From Phoronis australis (taxonomy: Eukaryota; Animalia; Phoronida), in NCBI GenBank assembly GCA_002633005.1, contig NMRA01000086.1, forward strand, positions 475,559 to 539,558: a DNA stretch of 64,000 nucleotides. Reading direction: 5' to 3'. This document shows positions 1 through 12,752 of the stretch, in pieces. Positions within the stretch are counted from its first letter, which is position 1. Every line of letters begins with the position of its first letter. The notes beneath the pieces are model-generated. The model made no database searches, had not been told where the DNA came from, and saw only the letters and a list, made by a program, of their open reading frames with translations. The position numbers were made by a program, and so were the translations under genes.

Positions 1-3000
1 TCGCGAGATCAAGATAGACTTAATGAGTACTTAATAACCACTAGATTCGAACTAAAATTTGAGTAAAAACTGTTTACGATTTCTAGTAAAACCTCGAACT
101 CAGACTCGAACTTTTAGCTCTAATGCTGGGATCATTAACTGCCATCAATAAGCTCTCAAATATAAAATAAAAGAAACTTATCTCGAGTTCAAACAAAAGT
201 AGAATAGAAAACAAAAAATCTTGGTCTCAGGTGTTACTTTCATAACAGTCTATGCTTTCACAATGCAGTGAATGTGCAACTTGAGTGGAAGTCGGGTCTT
301 TAATAACCTATTCCCCCAGCACCACTGGTGTAGTCAGAATTATTCAATAGAGGTTGCCAAAATTGAAATTGTTGGCGACCAATGATTGTGACTGAAATGA
401 GAGGGAACCTGGAGGCACTGCATGAACAAGGGACAGGGGAGCTAGGAAAGGTCTGCAATGAAGAGGGTGTAGCCTTGTTGTGCGCCCTATGGCTAGTATG
501 TTAATGCCTTAGTACTTCAGTCTATCCCTAAACTAGACCATATTTCTAATCAATACGTCAGCAAAATAAAGTTCCCAATGGTTAGACAAATTTCTTGGCA
601 TGTTGTGTTTTTTAGCCTATGAGTGTAATATTTCTAGGAACACGTTAATGGTGTCACAGTTTTTAATTTTGAGTCAACGTGAAGGTGTTTGCCAGTGCGA
701 ATGTTCTGAAGCATTTCACACTGCCCAACTCTTGCCACGAGGAGGCCCCCTCAATAAGAGTCAAATTTGTAATTTTGAAAAACTTTTCGAAAAGACCGAA
801 ATGTTGACTAAAATCACTGCTGTATTATGTAGATCATAACATCAAGAATGAAACACTAGCATGTTGCTCAAAACACTGAGTAAAACATAATGGTAATAGT
901 CACATACAGGGCACCCCCACTTTGAGAACCAGTGTTTTCTACTGCATAACAAGAACCTGATTTTCACTGAATAGCAGGCGTCAAAACTTGTTCTCAAAAT
1001 TTGGATTGCCAGTGAGTGACTACTGCCTGGATAACAATCAACCCACCTAAAGCACAAAGAACCCGTCGATTTGGGCTACGTGACCCAACTTAAAGTCTCT
1101 GAAGTACCCTGACCTCCCAATTTTGAAATGTGAGATGTTTTTGCAACAAGTCATTTCAACAAACCAGGTTTTTAAAGTTCACTTTCTTACAAAGTCTAAC
1201 TCCAGGATGCTTTGATTACAGCGAACCTTAGTAGTTTCTGAATGTTTTAGAATGGTTCTGGTTTTGCAATTAGACTGAAATTAATAGATGATTCTTTCAA
1301 ACTGCAACACTTGACATCATGTGATCGTGGAAAGCAAAAAAATGAAACAGTTGACGAGTCGGGATCCAGGATAGACTTCCATTGAGGCTCTCACCAAAAT
1401 GGGTCAGTTTTAATGACTGTGCCAACTCACAAAAGGGTGAGGTTTTATCCTGATGATTATGCTAAAGAGTGGGTATAATCCTAATTTCAAGGCAACAAAC
1501 ACCCTCCGAAATAATAATACTCTGTACGATGGCAGTCATTGCTGAATGGCACTGCCAGAAGCGATACTGTCAGTCATTATAAAACTATTGCTAGACTGCT
1601 TAATGTTTGTGTGTTTAGGACCATTGACTGTATTTTTATGCTCCTGACTTCTGTTAGTAGTGACAAGTGTGCCAGTCTATTATACAATGACAATGAATAG
1701 CAGAATTTCAGCATTATCCTTATCTAACCCACTAGTTCAACTTTCACGGTATTTACGGGAGCTTATATAAACTTATTATAACATACATGAACATGTTAAC
1801 ATACGAGAGGGTGAGCTCTGAAAAGATCGAGACAATCTACCGTGGCCGCGACACACTCAGCTACTCCTTTCCCACTATTCGGTGCTACAGTTTTCCTAAA
1901 ATGACTGTTGTTGTGGGTGGCCTACCTAGGCTAATGGTAATGGCTATTAGCCTATTTCTTCCACAAAATATTTCGTAAAAATCTTCAGAATCCAGCACAG
2001 TATACAAGATAATTATCACAACATGTTTCGTATACATTACTGGTGATGTTTTCCTTGACTCGTTAGCTTTGAAATGCGGGAGTTTGATGAAAACAGAGAT
2101 TTAAACAGCTGTAAATCCATCGACATTCTTTTACTGGAAGTCGCCATGTTGGTGAACTAGTTTGATCTATTATACAACTGACCAATAGAATGCCTTGTTT
2201 CTTGAAATCGGAACAGCCAATGATATTGCAAGAATGCGGATGGAAAAGTGTCCTGTAGCAGACCCCAACCAACCTCGAGGGTCTGTGCAGGAGACTAACT
2301 CTGTCCCTGCCAGCCTTCACGAAGTCTCGTGCAGTCTTCTTAAAATTAAAACCGTCGTTGGTCGTCGCAGCCCGCACTCGTGCCCCAGATATCCCTAACT
2401 GAGAATGGGTCTTTAGTTAGATTCAAGAATCACGACTGGCAGTCATTGGAACTGAGCTCTTTTGTTAACAATATAATCAATGTTTTAGGAACTGTTCAAC
2501 TCTTGAACACCCTTTTAATGGTTATTAAATGGACGCAAACAAGGTAAAATGTTATTTATGTTAGTTCCGACTCATTAGTAGACGCTCAAGAGTAATGAAC
2601 AGTTTGAGTTCTTGTCTAGGAATTGTGGACATTCGAAGTAGTGAACTTTCTAGAGAAAATTCGGAGTAGTGACGCTTCGGAAAAGTGACATGAATAACCT
2701 TGGAAATTTTTTCCATCAAGTTTCGGTCACTAGTATGAAATCTGCGAGGCTGAGCACCATTTACACTTGGAGAAGACTAACTTCGTTGATCAAAGTTTTA
2801 ATTAGGTCTAGACTTACTTTTTCTTAATAACGTGAACAATCGGGGATTTCTCAGTGCAAGAAAACTTAATGTCTGGTTTCTGAGAAACAACAGAGCAGTC
2901 AGTGAACTTACCGTCGGCGTGTACTGAATTTGAACGGAAACGCACACTATGCATGTCAATCCACCAATCCACAATAAAAGTGCATACCGGATGAACAACA

Positions 3001-5718
3001 TATTTGACGATCTCTTTCAATTCGAAATTTGAAAATGCCTGCATACCGTGAATAATACGCTTACAAGGAAGTCGCGCATTTCTAGATATGCGGGAATTTT
3101 CACCGCTCGTCCTTCTGAGCGGCTTGTACCACAATCAAAGAGAGCACGGCGCCGGAATCAAATACAATTGTGATGACCGTATTGCCCGATGCGAGCATTA
3201 ATCACTAATTTTCGTTATAAACGAACACCACGGCGGTATTCAGCTAAAAAAAACAACTAAGTAGGCCTACGGTTTTCGATTTTTAAAAATCGATGAAATA
3301 ATAATCTAAAAACTACAACCATTGGGTACGATTGAAGATAAACTACCGCGCGTATTGATATACTCGGTGGATATACAAACGCTGATCATAGTTAACAATA
3401 TCACATGGATTCATTTTTAATATATTTCTTTCGATCTCGAAACAGTTGTTGTGCCCACTTTTCATTTTTTATTACTGACAAAGAGCTATAATAGTTATAT
3501 AGTCAGTGCCACCGAAATTGTCCAGAGATTCCAAATCTTCAGCTTGGTTATCTTTGCACTTTTGTTTTTATTTTATGATTTGAGTTCTAATAAAGATTAA
3601 ACTTTAATGATGCGTGAAATGTTTAGTGTACCTGTAATGTGGTAAGTTTAGGGATCGGCTCACAATGAACTTAACTCATTAAGTTTAGCTGGCGATCAAA
3701 ATCTACCACAGTTTTGGTATTTCAAATTTAAAACTTAGATAAAAAATTATCAACCCGTTTCCGGTAAGCAAAAAAAAAACAAGTGGGCAGAAGCATTAAA
3801 AATTAAATAAAGAAAACCAATATGAAACTTATCGTTCCCTTGGGAAGTGGTCCTTTGTGAAGATAAACACAAGTTAACCTTTTTAGTCATTTCGTAATAT
3901 TTATAATATACCAAGTTAAAATTACTCTCCACAGTTGCAGGCTATAACTCTGCAAATGTCAGAGAAAACAAAAATGGGTGTACTAACAACAACCATTGTT
4001 GAGACAGTAATGCTAGCAATTACCTTTCCACTTCATTAGCTCAGATCTACATCAATACAAAGGGCATGCTGAATAGGCATCGCAAAAATTGTCTGGGGCT
4101 TAGGGAATCAGAGCGGTCACCAGTGTAAGCGAAAAGTTTCTCCACATGTCCACTATCGCACTATGTTAGCAGGTAAGTGGTGGATCTACGGGGGGGTTCA
4201 GGGGGCTTAAACCCCCCTCCCCCCTTGGGCCAGGACCCAAAAATCAAAAAAAAAACAAACACGTCTCCAGCAAAACAAAAACGGCACCGGCAGCGTGTGT
4301 AAACCCCAAGTAAACCAACTTGGAAAAAATGAGGAAAAATATAATCTTTTGCTTTGTGAATTGCTGTTATGAAAATCAACGCATTTCGAGTCTTCGTGGC
4401 TCATCGGCAAAACGCGCGGAGATCAATTGTGCGCACGCTTCCGTCGACACTTCTGAAGTAGCCAAGCATTTTAGATGAATCCACCGTTGAAAGAGCAGCT
4501 CTAAAGCTGATTTATTTAGGTACTATAGTTTCTTTACTCTAAGATATGTTTTGATTTGATTAGGGGAAATATTGTGGTGCCGCAACCCTGATATTCAGTC
4601 GAATTTACATGCAACTTTTTAACCTCATCTGTCATGCCGTGTCATTCTATTACACTCCACACGTTTGTAACTCGAATTTGACTGGTGTATAGTAAAGTTG
4701 CCTTGCGCAATATCATACAGTGTTCATGTACATGTAATATTTTTGAAAAAATCGTTGCTATTGTGGCGGGCACCGTGGTCTGTGTATGAAAACCTCTTTC
4801 AAACACAACTCTGTGTTAGGGTTTTACGTGGGTTTATTCTAGAGATCTACAAGATACATCTATTCAATATGCTGTCTAACTCTCAACTGAAAACTTGTTT
4901 GTCAGAACTAAAGATCATATGCTCATGAGTCATAATCAGATTTCAGAGAATTGTTTTGAACAACTTACACAATCTATGATTCTAGCTACCAGTGCCATAT
5001 AAGGTTATGTTTTGGACTCTGCAAGTTTAATGAAAACCACGAACATAACAGTCTGGTCGCGAGTCCGTTTGAAGATGCACTCTAACAAGTTATGTATATA
5101 CAAGGAATGACCAAGGGGCGCTCACATTGATAAAGTGACCGCATTCGCGAACAGTGTACAGTACCAGAAATTGCGGGGAGGCTGTACTTTCACATCAAAG
5201 TCTTGCGGGACACGTGCGATGTTCAATAGGCCTCCGAAGAAGCCCTAGTGCCGACCTCAACAACTACCGTCTTTCTACCTGCAATAAGCAACATTGCCGT
5301 TTTCTATACTGGAAATTTCCGCAGAAAGGCCCACCCGACGAAACGCCCATGGCCATGGGTATTTATTTGATGTTAATACTTCGGGTTTCAAGCGTTCAGA
5401 TATTGGGACGTTTATTTCGAAAATTGCAACAGATGCAAATAGATCCTGGGATACATCATCAAGGTTTGAAGTAGTTCATGATGAACGGATCAAATTTAGT
5501 TGCGCATGCTGTAAGTGTTTTGAATGGACTTGGCAACCTCAGGGGGCTTAGTGCCAACTGAGCTGCGAAACGAGATGCTGACATTGTAGAAGCTTAAAAG
5601 CTCATTGACACAGCAGTTGACGAAGCGCAAGTGTTGGGAACAAACATCGAAGATGTCTGGGTAGAACGGTTCTAAGACGAGCAAACCATTAGATCCCATA
5701 TACAGATTCCTTGGCAGC

Positions 5719-7894
5719 CTAGACAACAGAAAGATAGGACCAACGTTCCTGAAGAAACACCCAGGTAATAAGTTATAATTCTACACGGTTTGTATATAAT
5801 GTCGGTTTTTATGCTTGTGTAGGCCTACAATGAAAACGAAATAGAATTTATTTTGAACATGCCAAATTTACCCAGTACAGCAAAGAGTCTACGAGAGCAC
5901 AGAAACTGATTCTGGTTTGTATTTTCACTTGAGTCTATCTGCTTCATATCCAAAATCTATTTCACGTAGTGCGTAGTTAAATCTGTACTCAATACTTGTT
6001 TCTTTCAGTGAGTACTACAGCGCGAAAACCCTTCCTAGACAACCTCTCGCAACAGTTGACCACCAGATATGTAAAATACATGATTGTATGAGCAACCACT
6101 GGGGATTAAAAAGGATCTAGAGAGAAGTTTTCAATTCAACGTTTTTTGCAAAGTACACTTTAGGTCTCGCGACGGACCAGGCCAGCTTGATTTATGTAGA
6201 TATTGAGTTTCAGTGTACTTCTGGTCCCTCGGCGAACTAGTCTTGTGCGTTTTTTTACCAAAGTGGGCTTTATAAAACTATTTATCTAAGTCAGTGCTGT
6301 TTGGTCCCGCGACAGTTCGACTATATTTATAGGGATAATAAGCACAGGTGTACTTTTGGTCTCGTGACGGACCAGGCCAGAGCTTTTGTGTACTCTCAGT
6401 GTACATCTGGTCCCTCTGCGAACTGGTCCTGTATATCTTTTCACCACGGTGTACAGAATGTTTCAGTTTCGTGAAACTGTTTTCAGATGATTTGTTTCCT
6501 GATACATTTGACGTTTTTCAGTTGTTGTCAACGTGATTCAGCTTAACAAAGCGATAATTAATTGTTTATTGACGCTTTTAATAATAGACCATGAGCTGAG
6601 AGCACCATCGTTTGCCAGTTTTTCTCGTAACGAGACAGAACACATGTTTATTTCCGGACTAACAGTTCAGGTCGTCGTTCCTAAACAGCTTGAGGCTGTT
6701 GCGATCATCTGATATTCAAGTTTTTACGCCCCGTCGGTGCTCCTTATGCTCTTGAATATTTGGTGGTTGTCTAAACCCCCTGTATACACACCACACTTTT
6801 TCGTATGCTAAAAAGGTGTGTGAAAGCAGATGTNGTGTGTATACAGGGGTTTAGACAACTACCAAACATTGAAGAGGAGCACCCACGGGGCGTAAAAACT
6901 TGAATATCAGATGATCGCAACAGCCTCAAGCTGTTTAAGAATGAAGACCTGTACTGTTAGTCCGGAAATAAACATGTGTTCTGTCTCGTTACGAGAAAAA
7001 CTGGCGAACGATGGTGCTCTCAGCTCATAGTCTATTACTAAAAGCAACAATAAACAATTAAGTATCACTTCATTAAGCTGAATCACGTTGACAACAATTG
7101 AAAAACGTCAAATGTATCATAAAACAAATCATCTGAAAACAGTTTCACGAAACCAAAACACTCTGTAAGCCTACACCGTGGTGAAAAGATATACAGGAGT
7201 AGTTCGTAGAGGGACCAGATGTACACTGAGAGTACACAAAAACTCTGGCCAGGTCCGTCACGAGACCAAAAGTACACCTGTGCTAATTATCCCTACAAAA
7301 ATAGTCGATCTGTCGCGGGACGAAACAGTACTGGTTGAGACAAATAGTTTTACAAAGCACACTTTGGTAAAAAACATCACAAGACTAGATCGCCGAGGGA
7401 CCAGAAGTACACTGAAACTCGATATCTACACTGGATTGGTCCGTCGTGAGACCTAAAGTGTACTTTGCAAAAAAAATTGAATTGAAACTTCTCTCTAGTC
7501 ACGTTTTAATCCCCAGTGGTTGCTCATACGTGTAGTTTACACATCTGGTGGTTAACTGCTGCGAGAGGTTGTCAAGGAAGGGTTTTCGCACCGTTCTATA
7601 GTACTCACTGGAAGAAACAAGTATTGGGTACAGATTTAACTACGCACTGCGCGAAATAAGATTTTGGATATGAAGCAGATAGACTCATGTGGAAATACAA
7701 ACCAGAATCAGTTTCTGTGCGCTCGTAGACCCTCTGGTGTACTGGGTAAATTTGACATGTCTAAAAATAATTTCTATTTCGTTTTCATTGTACACAAGCA
7801 CAAAAAACCGACATTATTACAAACTGTGAATAATTATAACTTATTACCTGGGTGTTTCTCCAGGAACGTTGGTCCAATCTACCTGCTGTCTAGA
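5719..7894. repeat. ~1.1 kb inverted duplication (arms ~5719-6795 and 6835-7894)
   Basis: The right arm is the reverse complement of the left arm at roughly 90% identity by eye; the ORF track shows near-identical peptides at 6348(+) and 7083(-). The right arm fills exactly the contig between the Ns at 6834 and 7896. Confidence 0.9.
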
Positions 7895-9699
7895 CNTGTT
7901 AATATTTATAGTATTGAAACTGTAGATTAGATAAGCATCTCTCATATTATTATAGTTTTAGATTTTTATTTTCATACTAAATATAATTGTGATTTAAATC
8001 TAATCAACAATTTTCTTTATAACGGTGTTATTTGCAAAGTTCTTTTTTGCAACACATGACAGTGGATCAACTTACCCCGGTGCTATGCACAATTTGCCCC
8101 ATGTGTGGGGCAAGTCGTGCCACCTGACTAGGATTTTTGGCTGGCCGATTCCACAGTGTCTTCTGTTTAATCACCAAAGAACATTGCTACACTAGGTACA
8201 GCAGACATTAATGTATGTGCTTGGATACCAAATAAATGCAAAACACTACTACCTTAATTGTAGTGCAACCAAATGCGAAAAGTGGCACAACTTGCCCCAC
8301 TCTCTACAGCTAGGTGCCACAGACCTCGAAATTTCTCACAGGCATGGTAGTTCTGCTCATTACCTCATCGTGAAACTGCTGTATCAACATGTAGAGCTAA
8401 AGACCGGATGGGTGGCATGAAAAATCTGGGAATTAACTGACACTCGCCTTGCCTGTTGCAGATGTTTAAGTGGAAAACAATCTAATAAACTTCATTTTCT
8501 TGTATAATCCTCCGCCTTTTCTAGCAAAGAAAAGTTATGTCCTCATTTTGAAAGCAATACCCTCGTGACATGCACCAGGGAAAAAAGCTATGTAGTTATC
8601 TAATGCCACCTGAGCATACTCACTTTTTTCTTCACAAAACTGATTAAAAGAGCTCTTGCCCTTAATATATAGGGACTTTTTCTGTTATATATCCTCCCCT
8701 CAACCTGCTTCCGATAGTTACTGATCCAGTTCTAGCAAAACAAAACATTGAGTAATTAACCATCAGAATACACAAGTACAATGTAACGATCAAAACACAC
8801 AGCCTACCTTAGAACAACTTGTACTGGTGCAACTTAGCCCAATTTTAAAATCCGTCCACCCTCACGCACACATCTGGGGTGCCATACAGCGATAAGAAGT
8901 GGCGCACTTACCCTCCCTCGATAAGGTTGACTAAGATGCATCAAGTGGGGCTAGTTACACTAGTTTGAATAACGTCCAGACAGCCCTCAAATCTAGGACA
9001 ATTCAGATAGGAGTAACTTGTTCTAGGTAAGTCTGCGTGTGGAAGGCACTAAATTGAGTTACCAAACTTAAGCAGTGGCAGAAGTGTGATTAATTTCCAG
9101 AAGAAATGCCAAAACAGCCAATGTAATAGCGCGCAGTGTCTACAGTATGGTGCTCGAAAGTGGAAATGGTGATGACATATTCCAGGGGGGTTCCATTTGG
9201 ATTGCAACAAAACTATCAATTGTCAAACCGCAAGTAAACTTCACACGTTGCAGAGGTTAGAACTGCACAGTGCACACAAGCAAGTTCCGAGTCAGAGAGC
9301 AGTCAATTAAGAGTTTGACAAAATGGAAGTTTTAAGAGCAGCTGTCATGTCTCATCTCCATTATTTAGCTTCAGCGCCACCCTTTGATGATGTAACATGA
9401 AACATGCAACATAATGAAAGACATCAGAATTGGAGGTAAGTGGACAAAATTATTTACACAACAGAGACACAAGTGTAACACTGTGTTTCACGCAAGTCGT
9501 AAAAACCATAAAAATCGTAGCAGGTCTGCATTGGAGCAGTGAATCAATTTTGCAAATGATCCATTACCATTTGACTAAACAACGTGACAGCAGTAACGTG
9601 AATTACTTAATTGGCTCTCAAATTCCTGGAGTTCTTCCCGCTGTACACCTTCCAACCTTCATCTCCAGGAAAATAGATAAAATGATAATTTAAATACGC

Positions 9700-10861
9700 A
9701 TCTGGTGTCGTCTCATACATTTCATTTGAATTTTTCTAATACTGAAAGGACCGCAAGCACATTTGCCTACATAATCTGAACTCTGGTGTAGATTTACTAA
9801 GTCTCACCTTTATTCGCTTCGCACCACAACCTAAACGTGCTGCCACATCAACGACCATAGGGGAATTCTCCCGCCTCATTCCTGCCTCCCACGACTCTAT
9901 GAGAAGATCCCTTTCACTTTGAGTGAAGAATTGCGGCAAAATATTCCAACTCATAAATATTGACAAGTGAGTAGTAAAATAATGTAACTTAATGGAAGAA
10001 AATACGACATATCTAAAAAGCATCACAACACGTGATGAAGACTGAGACACAAACTAACGTAGAAGTGACAAGACACATTTGTGACTCAAGCACAAGAGAC
10101 AAATTGTTGGTTAAGGAACGTGACATGATGCACAGTAGACCACGAGATATACTGTAGCATCTGGCCATGTTAGCTCCAAGAATATGTGCTATCCAGCAGA
10201 GTAATTTGTATGTTTCTTAGACAGCCACACCTGAGCACGGCAGGTGGTGAGGACGCCTGTGATTGGGAGGTGGAATTTTCCTAACCCTGACTGAAATATT
10301 GCCGGCACAGGCACCTTTTCCTTTCCATGAATGAGGGCCCTGTACGTGTACACAATACTAGAGTCAATACAGACTGCTAGTTGCCCTAACAGGTAATCAG
10401 TGAATAACGGCCCGTTATTGAGTGGAAAAGACTGGTTCTCAAAATCAGGGACCGCTACCGGATCGACAAGCTCCCTGCCAGATTGCCTAAAATTAAGAGC
10501 ACATTTGAACATGGAATATAATTTACAGAAAATTGCTTCAAGGGTTGTAATTTACTGCAATGTTGACGATTAAAATTATCATAACAAAACAACTCACCTT
10601 CGCTCGTTTACTTGTAGCAGCAACAGCTGTGCGTACATCGTGCAACTCGGCCATTTTGAAAACGCGCTTAAACGTCTGGACGAGAGTAACGTAAAATCAC
10701 GTTTCCTTTCACTACGACTTCTGAGCAGATTTCACCGTTTGGCTAGAAGGCTCGAACGGTTAAGCACATGCTACAAATTTATAAAATTCGCAGGTCTGAA
10801 AGCCGTAACGGCAACCTTTTCCGTTACGGCTTAGACCTTGTTACGGAGTATGGATCGGGTG
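9700..10861 (-). mobile_element. CAC-terminated DNA transposon end (possibly CMC/EnSpm-like) carrying spliced ORF remnants
   Basis: Homology to the 6021 repeat stops abruptly at 10861/10862. The minus strand then begins CACCCGATCC, followed by subterminal CCGTAAC repeats and the inverted repeat AGCCGTAACGG..CCGTTACGGCT (10801-10831). Phase-compatible exons lie at 10638-10598 and 10486-10231, plus a homeodomain-like exon at ~9954-9808. The left boundary is not visible. Confidence 0.4.
9808..9954 (-). pseudogene. divergent (HDX-like) homeodomain exon
   Basis: FFTQSERDLLIESWEAGMRRENSPMVVDVAARLGCGAKRIK has homeodomain helix spacing (FT..., L..., VA..LG....IK) and ends at a phase-0 GTGAGA donor in helix 3, a common homeobox intron position. 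Confidence 0.45.
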
Positions 10862-11683
10862 ACAGAACGGCGCGAAAACCCTTCCTAGACAACCTCTCGC
10901 AACAGTTGACCACCAGATGTGTAAAATACATGATTGTATGAGCAACCACTGGGGATTAAAAAGGATCTAGAGAGAAGTTTTCAATTCAACGTTTTTTGCA
11001 AAGTACACTTTAGGTCTCGCGACGGACCAGGCCAGCTTGATTTATGTAGATTTTGAGTTTCAGTGTACTTCTGGTCCCTCGGCGAACTAGTCTTTTGCGT
11101 TTTTTTACCAAAGTGGGCTTTATAAAACTATTTATCTAAGTCAGTGCTGTTTGGTCCCGCGACAGTTCGACTATATTTATAGGGATAATAAGCACAGGTG
11201 TACTTTTGGTCTCGTGACGGACCAGGCCAGAGCTTTTGTGTACTCTCAGTGTACATCTGGTCCCTCTGCGAACTGGTCCTGTATATCTTTTCACCACGGT
11301 GTACAGAATGTTTCAGTTTCGTGAAACTGTTTTCAGATGATTTGTTTCCTGATACATTTGACGTTTTTCAGTTGTTGTCAACGTGATTCAGCTTAACAAA
11401 GCGATAATTAATTGTTTATTGACGCTTTTGATAATAGACCATGAGCTGAGAGCACCATCGTTTGCCAGTTTTTCTCGTAACGAGACAGAACACATGTTTA
11501 TTTCCGGACTAACAGTTCAGGTCGTCGTTCCTAAACAGCTTGAGGCTGTTGCGATCATCTGATATTCAAGTTTTTACGCCCCGTCGGTGCTCCTTATGCT
11601 CTTGAATATTTGGTGGTTGTCTAAACCCCCTGTATACACACCACACTTTTTCGTATGCTAAAAAGGTGTGTGAAAGCAGATGT
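10862..11683 (+). repeat. near-identical direct copy of 6021-6833
   Basis: The sequence from CGCGAAAACCCTTCC onward is essentially identical to 6021-6833, with the same 62-aa ORF at 6348 and 11198. This copy continues into the right hAT-like terminus. Confidence 0.9.
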
Positions 11684-12752
11684 TCCAACAAAAATTTTTG
11701 CTGGTGGTGTGACTCACACCCAGATGTGCACAATGTGGTTTCACGAAACTTATGAGCCATGTTCATGTGACGAAATCGAGAAGGATTTTTAATTATCTTA
11801 AGAAAAACTCCAGAGACATGTTAAGTGCCAGAAACTTACCAGGATGCATGGAAATTTCACTGTTTGGCTACAAAAACAAAAAATTGTCTTACGCGGGGAA
11901 ACCCCCCTCCCGACCTCCCCCCGCTCGGCTCCTCGCGCCTCGGATTCGACCTTTGCGGGAATTCTAACCCCCCCTTACTGAAAACGTAGATCTGCCACTG
12001 CAAGTACACCAAAGTAGAACATAACTCGTCATTTTATGCTCTTTTGTTTCTTGGTCGATTTTAAAGCATTCACACCGCACTAGGGGGCCTACTTTTTGTG
12101 AGCGCTCTCGATGCTATATAGCTTCTAGCGCCTCCTTAATTTGTTACCCTGGGCTGTAGCGACCAAGCACGTTCAATGCCGATGAATAACATAAAGCCTC
12201 TTCTAATCGTCTGTAAGATCCTGTTGTCTACGCAAACGTCACTGGTGCCGGGTACGGTCCGATTATTGTGTGAAGCAAATTCAAAACGATATTAATTTGA
12301 TTATGATCGTGCTTATAGCAGTAATAGTAGCCGCAACAATTTTGTTGTTGTTCTTGTCCATTTATATCCCAAGGTACCTAAACTACACGGTCAACGGACT
12401 CAAAAACACGGGAACGGACGGGACGCATGAACACGACTCACGGACCGGCAAACACCGTCCACTGACTCACAAACACGGGAACGGACTCACAAAACACGAT
12501 CCACGCACCCAAATACACGGGACACGGACACATATTCACGAGGAAACACGGTTAACAGACTGCGAAACACGGTTTACGGACAAAATGTCAACTTCAGCGT
12601 TGACAGCTGTGTAATGGGTGCGAGATTAAATATATTTCTGATATTATTTTTGTCTGTACCTGTCTTATCCTATGCAATAGGCTAGGGCAGGACCTTTTCC
12701 GCGGGGGGTTCGATCGAACCCCCGAACCCCGCCCCCCTGGCTACGGGCCTGG

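Larger units (their letters stand above)
4175..12000. mobile_element. hAT-like DNA transposon, non-autonomous or decayed, with nested insertions
   Basis: The left end (A)AGTGGTGGATCTACG at 4175-4190 is an imperfect inverted copy of the right end CGTAGATCTGCCACTG at 11985-12000 (CAGTGGCGGATCT-type terminus), with GC-rich subterminal tracts on both sides. Flanks CAGGTA and CAAGTACA resemble a decayed 8-bp TSD. No transposase was recognised, and the interior spans two N gaps. Confidence 0.55.

Noticed and set aside
1-3900. Short ORFs and possible CCCAG-type transposon termini (e.g. ending at 130, starting at ~2384)
   Set aside because: I could establish no matching TIR pair, TSD or protein motif within the window.
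12270-12614. Small membrane protein ORF with a His/Thr-rich tail
   Set aside because: It has a non-ATG start, the tail comes from degenerate ACACGG/ACGGAC repeats of a probable MITE, and no domain is recognisable.
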